From the NCBI GenBank assembly GCA_026023565.1, contig JAPETS010000040.1, forward strand, positions 186,001-250,000: a stretch of DNA of 64,000 nucleotides. The letters run 5' to 3'. The DNA is from Cirrosporium novae-zelandiae. Its lineage: Eukaryota. A program made the position numbers and the translations under genes. The first letter of the stretch is position 1, and every line of letters begins with the position of its first letter. Below, piece after piece: positions 50,640 to 61,250 of this stretch. The notes below the pieces were generated by a model, which was not told the origin of the DNA, did no database searches, and worked only from the letters and a program-made list of their open reading frames with translations.

Positions 50640-52390
50640 ACTACAAACAACCCATTTCCGCTGGGGGAAGGGGGGAAGAGAGCGCTAAGTAATGCTCCAA
50701 CCACATACATACATAAACAAAAAAAGAAGAGGTGATGCATTTTACCCATAGTTTACCCAAATGCCCCCCCCCTCCCTCTCTTGGACCTTAGACCTGATAT
50801 GATAGGCCCATCGCTTATCCGCCCCCGCGGCGCTATGCAAAGACATGGATGTTTAAATAAAGGGTCTATTCTGACATCCATGTCTTCCGACATCCGCCAG
50901 CAAGAAAAGAACGTCGTATTGTGGTCCAAATACTTTTCCCGGATCGGAAGTGGGGTGAAGGGTGTGAGGGTACACTGTAGAAAGGGATAAGAAGAGAAGA
51001 AAGATGGAGAGAGGAAGAGAAAAAAACCTCATACCCAATCCTATCCTTCCGTTGTTGCATCCACCCACCCTCAACCCCCCATGACCGTTACAGTAAAAGA
51101 AAGTAGTTAACTAAAATAATTAGAAGTAGAGTACTAAGTAAAAAAGACAGTTCGGTTTTTTTTTTTTACTCAGTATGTTACAAGCGTGATTTTTTTTTTT
51201 TTTTGCCTTGGTTACAGCCAAACAGGACAGATAGACAGACAAGCCAACAGCAGCAGTTAGGAGTAAGTAGGAGCAGCAGCAGTAAGTAAGTAGCAGCGCG
51301 TCCCGTTAAAACCCACCCACCCGCACCCGCTACCCGCAAACTACTACTAATAATTAACCACCAACCGACCCGGCGGCCGCCAACCAACGGATACAAAGGG
51401 CCGCCCGCCGCATGTATCATTTCAATTCTATCTATCGCCCACCCCCCGGCAACACACACACACAACAAAACCCACTCAACCGACCAGGGGAGAGAGAGGG
51501 GGGGAGGCTCCTCACCACTTTTCCTTTCATTCTTTTTTGTTCTTTGCTTCTACTTATTTACCTTGTATCGTAACAATATACGACGATAATGGATAAATAG
51601 ATAATAAATAGCTAATATATACCTTTTTTGGTGATGAACGAAAGAATAAAAATAACTCCACATAAAAGTCTCTTAAAGGATAGATAGTATTAGTATAGTA
51701 TAGTTATAGTTATAGTATAGTAAAAAAACAAAAACAAAATTCCTTTGACTTACCTCTCTGTATTCTCTATTTAGGCAAATATCTTTTTCGTAACTAAAAA
51801 CATTTCTTTACTTGTACAATATTATATTATACCAACTATTCTGCATAACACATATACATAGCAGATAAATCAACATATTCAATACAATACCAGTACAATA
51901 CCAAAAACCCTTACCAAAAAAAAACAAACCTTATTTGCGTACGCAGCAGCCAACAACCAACAAGTAACCATCAGCATCGGTAGAAGCAGCAAAGCGCTTG
52001 CGCGGTTCCCCCATTCGTCTAACCTCCTCCTCCTCCTCCTCCTCCTCCCCCCCTCAACAAGGGTGCTGCGGACCTTTACTTCGGCTGACGATCCCTGTTC
52101 TCAGGCAGGCCGCTACCTAGCGCCCACAATAATATCCCACATATCCCACATCCACCCCAAATCCCTACCTTACCTTACCTTACCTTTCCCTCTTTCCGCG
52201 GACGAGCTAGCTACAACTACTCCTACAAAAAACTACGTACCGTAGTAGTAGCAGTAGTAGTAGCAGTAGTAGTAGCAGCAGCAGCAGTAGTAGTAGTAGT
52301 AATTTAAAAAAAAGGTAGGTATGGTAGGTAAGGGTTACTTACTTAGCGCTCGGATTTCTCGGTCGGAGCGGCAGGGTTTTTTGTATAGCT
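50640..52390. ncRNA. Candidate large structured ncRNA (possible telomerase RNA); strand unresolved
   Basis: Long-range 13-bp complement 50680-50692/52339-52351 with flanking extension, several internal helices and a pseudoknot-compatible segment. No coding potential was seen, and no canonical TAACCCTAA template. Confidence 0.35.
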
Positions 52391-54039
52391 GAATGAATAA
52401 ATAGATGAATGAATGGTTGATTACATGATGGGATGAATGGATGGGATGGATAGGTGGATGTAATGGATGTATGTATGTGGTCTAGATTGGGGGTGGTATT
52501 GAAACTTGAACTTGCACTTGAACTTGGGTTTGGTTGGGTTACTTACTGCTGCTGCTCACTCATCCTGTTCGCCTTGCTCTTTTCTCACTGGCCGACTGGC
52601 TAGCTGACTGGATGGGATGTTCTCTCTCCTTGTGCTTAGCCCCAGTGTTCATGGGGGGAAGGAGGGAGGTATGAGAAGGGTAGGGAAAGGGAAGGGAGGG
52701 GTTCTGTTTTCGCGTCTTTTCTGGTTGTGCGTCTTGCGTCTTTGCTGCGTCTTTTTTTTTAATCTTCTTGGTTTCTTAGGTTCTAGGTCCTTCTGTTTCT
52801 TGTGTGGGTGTGTCTTGCGTCTTGCGTCTCGCTCTCCCCCCTCCTCTCCCCTCTCTGTTCTTCTCTGCCCCCCCCCCCGTCGTTGGTTGATTGGTTTGGC
52901 TAATTGGTTGAATACATGTCATATTTTCCCACTTTTTCTCTCTCTTAATATTGAAGAAAAAAAATTATACTTTCTCGCTACACTTTCTCGGGAAACTGTG
53001 GCCCTCCTTTCCCTCTCTTCCCCTTCTCTGGATAGACATCCGTATGGGCGAACTGATGAGCAAGTACGCGGGGGTAGCTGAGGGCTTAGCCACGGCAACG
53101 GCAACAATAATGGTTTTGAATATACAACTAGTAAGTACACCATAGGGCGATCTACGATACATTCGAAGGATGAATAGAGTGATCGTTGCCGCCGGGGGCT
53201 AGTAGTTAGGGGGGTTAGTAAAAGGTTCGAGAAGTATCTCTGTCGTGCTCTAGTTTGGTTGTTGATCCTTGACGTTTTTGCTGGCTGGCTGGCTGATGAG
53301 GGGGAGATCTTCTTCATGCTGCCGTTGTGGGTGTACAACTATGTACTTTGTAGAGTAGGGTGTCATCTGGCTGTACATACGTACAATCATATGATATGGA
53401 TACCAATATCAACATTAAACTTAAGTATGTATTGCCTAAGGCACTGGTATACAGATACATGTTAATCGTAGCAAGCTCGCCCGTAAAGGCCGCACAAGCA
53501 ATACTGTATCGTTTTTAAATCCCCCAAAATAGCACAAACCATGAAATCAGAGGTCCAAAAATACCCACTGAAGAAGTATGTCCTGAGGTGATTCCTAAAA
53601 CCCATAAAGGACATGAAGGCATCATTGGACTTTTTATACTCCATTCCCTAGTCCATGTTACCGCCCAACACTAGACACCGAGAGAGGTATAAAAAATTAG
53701 AACAAAAGGGGAAAAAGAGGAGAAATCAGATAGCCAACCAATCCATAATGCCCTTCACGAGTGCCATACCTAGTAGTATGATCAAAGCAGCGGCGATGCG
53801 TATAGAAAATGTACTTTTATCTAAGGACCATTACAACCAAAGTCAATAGGCCTGTCAAAACTAAGAAAAAGGAAAACAACAACGTCAACCTCGTAACTAG
53901 CAAAGACCTGTTTATGGCTGTCTTTCGGTCATATCAGTGTTTCCATGATTGAAAATGTATAATTCTTTCGATTGCCAACAGCGAGCTTGCTGATTGTCTT
54001 TCCGTGTCATATTTTATTGAGCTCCGAAATAGTGATTAG

Positions 54040-56164
54040 TCACATCTTCGGACCTTCGTTCTTCCAGGGTTCCTGGCATACCTCGGAGGACTTGTATGGT
54101 GGTTAGCAAAAATACATGAAACAGTTTATAAAATGTAAGTTACCCACCTGAGTGCTCTCAATAACTCGACCAGGTGCAATATAAGATCCCGTTTTGATCG
54201 TTACTCCAGGCATTATTGTCACATTCGCGCAAATAACGCAGCTTTGTTCAATGATAACTGGAGCTGCTTGAGAAGGGCCATTGATTCCAAATCTCGCCGA
54301 TTGGTTGGGCGACATTGTGTTTGCTAGTATAGTTACACCCGAACCGATTGTAGTACGGTCACCGATTTTAATTGGCGCGGCATCATGGAAACGGCAGCCT
54401 GTTTCAATAACAACATCGGTCCCGATTTGGAGGTTGTAACCGTAATCACAGTAAAAGGGGCCTTCGACGACAGAATTATCACCCAGTGTGCCTCTCGGCA
54501 GGTCGCTGGCAGTTGGGTGTAGAATTTCTAAGAAAAGTCGGCGACAATCTGCCTTATTATTGTATGGTGGTTCGTTGTTGAAGCGCCATAATGCTTTCTT
54601 GCAGCGCTCTCGAAGCGCAAACAGCTCTTGGGAGTATGCGTGATACTGCATCCCTTTCTCCATATTTTGCCTTTCAGTTAGACTGGGTTCGGCCACTTGT
54701 GCAAGAGCCATTTTTGCCGTGGCCTGTGAACTTGAAGCACTGAGGGAAGTATTTAGTGTAGGTGGCTGCTGGAAGCGAGATGCACTTGGATAAATATCCC
54801 TTCCATCGGACTGTGGAGTGTTTGCTATTTCATGAAAGGAAGGAATGCTGGTGCGAGCTTCCGGACGCCCATATCCCGGGAGTGGGGGTGGATACTCATT
54901 CGGGCGCTGGACATTTTCTGGAGGATACGAATTGGAAGGAGCAGAGAAAGAGGGCCTTGTTGAATATGACGTTCTTGAACTCGGAGACGTTTGATAGAAT
55001 ATCCCATCTTGATCGTCATTAACCATGACTGGTCTTCCTCTACTACCATCAGAGCCTCGCGCATCAGTTGGATGAGCGAAATTGGCTCCATCTGGAGTAT
55101 ATGTTGGTAAAGAATCTTGATAGACTGTCTTCGATGGCTGTAGAGGCATTGGTCCTCGTTGAGTGGGGGTTTTCTGGGGCATCTTCGGCTGATACCCTTC
55201 ACATTTGAAATGACCACGGACACAATTTTGACCTAAAATTAATAAGCGAAAAAGTTCACCAACACAAATTTGATCAAAATTTATACTTACAAACCGGCTT
55301 AGCTTCATCACATTTCTTCTTTCTTCGCCGGCATGTCAAACATCCAGTTTTTGTCCGATTAGCGAATGCCCGTTTCCTTGGTTTGTCTGAATGGCCTTCA
55401 GGGTGATGATCGGGTCCATAAGCTCCATAAGATGACATGCGAGAATGGTCATCGTCGGTCTGAGGACTTGGTTCGTTGAAACGAGCATGGTTATTTGGAT
55501 AGCTTTGATTGTTAGCTTGCTGTAAAACTTCAGCAAGTCTAGCATCTGAAGGATCACTGCGGTGTTGAATGGATTGTGATGGCATGGAAGCTTGTGGTGT
55601 TGAATATGGACCCCAGGCTGGATGTGATGGCGTATGAATCGATTGGTCAGCGTCGCTAGCTGGTCTCTCGGACTCATTCTGTGTCCTCAGAAAAGCATAA
55701 CTTGCCTCACGTTCTGGACTATGGGAACTGGGAGAATTGCTGTGGGTGCTAGATTCCGGCGACTTTTCTCCATCTGGGGACTTCCTGAATTCTCGAAATG
55801 GCTTTGCACCGGAGTTCGAGGCGTCGGTGTCTGAAAGTTTTCGTTTATGAGGAGATACAACGACCGAAACAGCTTGTGATGACGATGTGACGTTAGAAGT
55901 GCCATTCGAATGAGCTGTATTTTCTTTTGGCAGAGAATTTTGTCTGTCGTCATGGTGGTTTGGAGCAGACTCGTCTGTTGGTTGCTCCTCTCTTCGAGGA
56001 GGGCTTCCCGGTAAGCCATTGAGAGGACTCCTTGGTAAACCATTGGGAGGACTCAGAGCATTCCGGTCATTCACAGCCGTGAAGCCAGAATCATGGCTGT
56101 CTCTATCTCTATCCTTTCCTAGAGGGCTATTGCTGGTGGCAGGCTTGGTAACGACTGCAGCCAT
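54040..56164 (-). CDS. Zn(II)2Cys6 transcription factor fused to a maltose-O-acetyltransferase-like (Mac + left-handed beta-helix) domain; exons 56164-55291, 55232-54148, ~54090-54040
   Basis: Spliced RTKTGCLTCRRRKKKCDEAKPVCQNCVRGHFKCEGY, then ERQNMEKGMQY..ELFALRERCK and VEGPFYCDYGYNLQIG with hexapeptide repeats. The last exon is uncertain. Confidence 0.88.
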
Positions 56165-59100
56165 ACTTATTGGGCTTATAGATTAACCAGTGACTCCAGG
56201 GTAAAAATGGCCAATTGAATTCTTCTATTTGATATTCTCCTTACGACGGACTTGAAGCGGGATGGTTTTCGAGTACCAAATTCGGTTGTTTCTGACCTTG
56301 ATAACAACGAAAAGAGCAACTCACAAGCATCAACCCGAGGATAAGTTGAACTATGGTGATTCGTTTACTTTATCAAGGTAGATACTTGCGAGTTATTTTC
56401 GAATTTTCATAAAATGGATGATGCTGTGATGAAATGGCGCCTGCAGCGGTTGCGAGTTGGCTGGGAGAATAGCCGGCAACAAGGTCGTAGAAAAACAACG
56501 TTAAGATCTGCAGACGCAAAAAGGTGACCAAGGAGCCGAGAGAATGCTTCAAATAATAGTCGAAGTACTTCTCTCTTGTGCTTGAGGCTGAAAAAGAATC
56601 AATGGCAATAGTGGGAGCCGCGCGATTAGAGTCGGCTGCGGTTGATAGTACCCGAGTCGCCTTGATAAGCGGCGCTTTATTGAGGAGGGGGGGAAACTCC
56701 ACTGACTGTGTCACAAACACTGTGAAGTGATTAGAGGACAAGCCTAGAATAAAGGTGATTAGAGCGCGGTTGGATTTGCAAAGATTTGAACGAGTTTGGG
56801 GGTTGTTTGGAAAGCAAAGAAGGGGAGAGAGGGAGCGACAGGCGCGCGAGAAGGCCTCGCTTATGACTTGGATGGGGGTGTGCGGGCTGCGGTTCCGTAG
56901 ATCCCTGTTCTATCTTGTCAGTGGGGCAAGCGCTGGTAGCGGTTAGTGGCTTAAAAGGACTTTTTGGGTGATACGCACACACAGACACACACACTCAACT
57001 GTAAGTACCTTAAAAGTACATTCTGTAACCTTCAGTAACCAGCTGTAACCCTGTATTTTTGGAAAGCATAACTAACAATACGGGGTAATACAAACGATAC
57101 AAACAATACAAACAGAACCAAATAAATAATATTTAACCAGCCCGCCACATCCTTGCTTCTGATTAGACCATCTATCTGTTCTCACAACTCCCGGCCAAAT
57201 CTACAGTATCAACGTCTTTTTTTTTAAAAATTCTTTCCACATGTACCTGGGTAATTACAATCATGGCCAATCTGCAGCCTAAAAAAGTTAGGAAAGTTTG
57301 GAAAGTCAGGAAACGCCAATAAAGTTTACTGAACTCAAAGCAACTTTTTAGGCTCAAAGTCACCCCCGCCATGCTTTTCTTTCAAGGGCTCTGTCTCTCC
57401 CTCCCTAAGCTCCAAACGCTTGAGGGCTTCAGCTTAAACAACACCTTGTAAGTTCCCAAAAGTAAAGAAAAAAAAAAGAATAATTAAAAAAGAAAAAGGA
57501 AAAAATAACTGAGCCTTCCCTGTTCCAGTAAGTAATAATTCTACTACTTCGGGATTCCTAGGTGCTACTACTTCGTATAATAATTAGCCTTGGACGTTGC
57601 AACAAATCACTATTCATTAAATTGAGGTTTGTTTCACCGAGACCTTCGGTAGGCACTTATGGCCCTGTAAGCGCCGTCGCCAAATCTTTCGGAATTCATG
57701 CATTGACAGACTCTCGCGGCACCGCCTAAAGGAATCCATCATCCATCATCCACCAACGGTTAGCCATCAACCGCAGTTAACTGCCATTCAAAACATGGTT
57801 ATGGCCTGTACTTAGTCACACGCGCCTGGTGATTGCAAGTTAGTATCAACTGTGGTTGCGGCTGAGGAGTCAGCCTTAGTGATTGGAACTAGCAATCAAT
57901 TGGTTCATGAATTTGTTTGCTCAGCGTCAGTTAGCAATTGGTGCGACTTGGTTAGTTACTTCAAGTATCGCATTATGACACCTTCTTTGGTTCCGGCGGT
58001 AGTTGACCACAGCGTCATTCCAGACCTCCGCCGACAATCAACCATAGCCCCTCTGGTTGGTCGGATTCATTGCGAGAATGGGAAGGTGAAAAGCGGTGCA
58101 GGATAAAACACGAATGAGGTGCGTCATTCAGTTATAGACTATAGCAGTTTTCCAATATACCTTAATCACTCAGACAGAGACACACAGCCTTCCGGGGATC
58201 AGCTTAACTTGATATTGACTCGGTTTCTCGGATATTCAGCCCACCATTTTTATTATTGAACCGGATTGGAGGTTGTGGGAAGGGTTAGCCGCGACTTCAG
58301 CTATGACCGACCACGGACTGGTTGTACATAGGTAACAATATAATAATTATTACGGTGAATATCACGTATATCACCCACCATTCCTTTAATCCCTGCTTAT
58401 CAAGGGAAGATGGATGATGCTTTCATCAGCCTATACCTTCTAGAGCTTGAGAGGGGAGGGGGGAAGTCTCGGCTTACTTGCAGTGGAACGAGTGGAAAAA
58501 AAGACCTTAGAGAGTTTATGGTTTGGTAGTGGGCTTTGTAGCTTGTTAGCTCCAATTTCGGATTGGGTCCAAGGGCTAAGGTGATGCAGGTGGAAAGCGC
58601 TTGGCGGCAAAAGGTTAGCGTTTATCAGGATGCGCCAGAAGTGAATTGTTGTCTTTACCAATAGCGAGGCGTAAGTGGCTCTCGATAAGTGCGGAAAGGC
58701 GGCTTGAAGGGCTTGAATCGGCTCGAGTGTTCCCTTCCCCCCCCCCACCACCCCTTGTCCCTTGTTCCTCGGAACACCCAAACGCTGGGAACCCGGGAGC
58801 CTGAGTGCCTGGCGAAAGAGCACGAGAGAGAGAGAGAGAGGGAGAAATCAAGACTTTCACAAAGTTTAACTATTGTCCAAGTAACTACCTACCATACAGT
58901 AGTTTCCATTTCTTTCATCCCCGTCCCTGGAATGCTTTCTACATTTTAGGCAACTCTGCCGTGTAAGCTTAGGGTCATGCAGTCTTTAGACCGATTGCGA
59001 TTTTCTTGTGTATTAAGGAGAGGTGATGGCCGCGCTGTATCACACCTCTAATTCAACAGTCGAGGCTATTCGCTATTGTCTATCGCGTCTGTAAGACAAA

Positions 59101-61250
59101 GCCAGGCAAAAAACGGCCTGACTTTCCATCAACCGCCGAGGTAAAATACGGCAATTCAAATTCCACCTAAGTTACCAACAATCATTCATTTCTCCCCGTG
59201 GTAGTATCTAACTAATGATGTGATCTCGATTTTTTTTTGTCTTTGTCCTCCGGTGTCGAAATAGGAATTCTTAACCCATTCTTGACTACCGTAACTGGAA
59301 ATTTTGTGTTCCTCCAGAAAGCGGCCCCCAATACAATAGTCCTTTACTATACAGTCAGTGTATTTTAGTACAGGGCTGGAGATCTAAGAAGGATGTAGCG
59401 ACTATCGCCTAAGCGAGCCGCTTTCGCCAATCAACTTGGCACTAACCCATAGTTGGTACTAAGGTGGGACCCCCCTCTCCCTCTTACCCATTTCTTACCC
59501 ATTTTTTACCCGTCTTGACAAGCAAAACGAAAAGAAACGAAAAACGAAAAAAGAAAATAAAAAATAAAAAATAGTCTACGGAGGTAATCATGATTGGCAT
59601 AACCCCATATATGACGCAAAACAACAACAGCAACAACAACAAATACTAACTCCAATAATCATAATATTAATAAAATAAGATGCACAAATTTACCAAAGGG
59701 GTTTATTTATATTACAGCGTACCTACCTATCATGGATAAAGGTGTGGTTGGTGGTAAATGAGACTGTTGTTCGCTTGCCATGTTGCCGTTCACATGACCT
59801 TATGCAACGGCCGAGATGTGACCCACACAGCAGCAAGATTCTAAGAGGAGGCCCACGGAGCCTAAAAGGAAAAACGAAGGCAATCATTGACTTGGATATG
59901 GGGAGATGGGATGATTTTTCTTACCTTTTCCCACTGTGTGCATGCCAAGCCTCAACAACAAGAACAACCTTGATCCATGATCCGAGTACCACTCCGCATC
60001 AGAGCCTCAAAGTGGCCAATAATCCGCCATCAACTTCCAAGGATCATCTCATCTCAAAGCCATCAAAGCCCAAATCCAATTTATGACAGTTCTTCGGGAA
60101 TGTGAATATCAAACTTGGGTCATAGCCGTTCTTTGTCGGGATGAGGGAGACAAGGGGAAAAGGCTGGGGAACTCCCCTCTAAGATTGTCCCTTAGCTGGC
60201 CAACTAAGAGCTTGTCTGTTGTCCGTGTGCGTGAAACATGACTTTTGATGACAAGTCCAGTGCCCTGTGTGCAACGCTGTAGCGTCAAAACCACCTATCA
60301 AGTCCTTCTAGGCTTACCACTTTCCCCAGGGGAAGAGGGAAGGGCATGTCAATGACTCGTGGACCGACATCATAGGGGCTTACTTACTCTAGCCGGCGCC
60401 TTATGGTTATCCTACCGCATCACAACTCCCTGCACAACCAAAAAGTTAAGTATCTTCCAGGAAGCTACTCATTTACATTACATCCATAGTCTATCTCACA
60501 ACAAATCTCAACCACCATCTTATTTTCCCCTCACTATTCTCAAGGATATTCATTTTCACCTCCTTTACTTTCCGTGCTGTGGATTTGTCCTCGCTTCTGT
60601 ATTTCTATATAAGACATATACAAGGCATGCTCAGTACTCGATATGAAGACATGGTTGAGGCACGGCATCCGATAACGGAACAGTCACTTTAACTTTATCT
60701 ATGTGCATGTGGCAATATACCATGTCAACGATGGATCTGCAAGTAACTTAAAGAGCGCACTTGTCTATTGGGGAGTCTAGCTTACACTTGATGTATTGAT
60801 CACCTACTCGGGAGAAAACAATTTCAACTTTACAGGAACCCCCTCCCCCACCACCATCATCTCTACCCAAAGGGTGTTCTGAAAGCAATATGCTCATTTC
60901 TAAAAAAAATCAAGGCAAAGGGGATAGAGAACAGCTTAGAATTTTTGATCCAAGTCCACCGGTAGGACCCATGCAAATTATTCTTTTCAATCGGAGTTCG
61001 GCTAGTACTCTACACTGTCTTTCTGGCAGGTGTAATAAATGGAGGGGCCTCAACTGAAAATATTGAGGTGCTAATACTAGCTTGAATGTACATTAGATAC
61101 TATCATCGTAAAGCCGTGGGAACAGAAAGTTAATGTTCTTGTGATTTGGCATGAGCGATTTAACTTTATACCTCTGACATGGGATAGGTTACTTCGTGCT
61201 CATTATTTTGCCTCCCAATTACTGGAATGGGTATCAATATCATAAACAAA

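Noticed and set aside
52085..52112. Hammerhead ribozyme core CTGACGA followed by a hairpin
   Set aside because: The required GAAA after stem II is absent.
52345..52362. RNase P CR-I-like GAGAAATCCGAG on the minus strand
   Set aside because: No room for a P3 domain and no CR-V/P4 partner found.
52617..53465. Overlapping 60-154 aa ORFs
   Set aside because: Low-complexity-derived, with no recognisable motif or splice structure.
56165..61250. Short ORFs or a mobile element in the 5-kb region upstream of the Zn2Cys6 gene
   Set aside because: No domain similarity, consistent exon chain, TIR/LTR or transposase/RT motif was seen.
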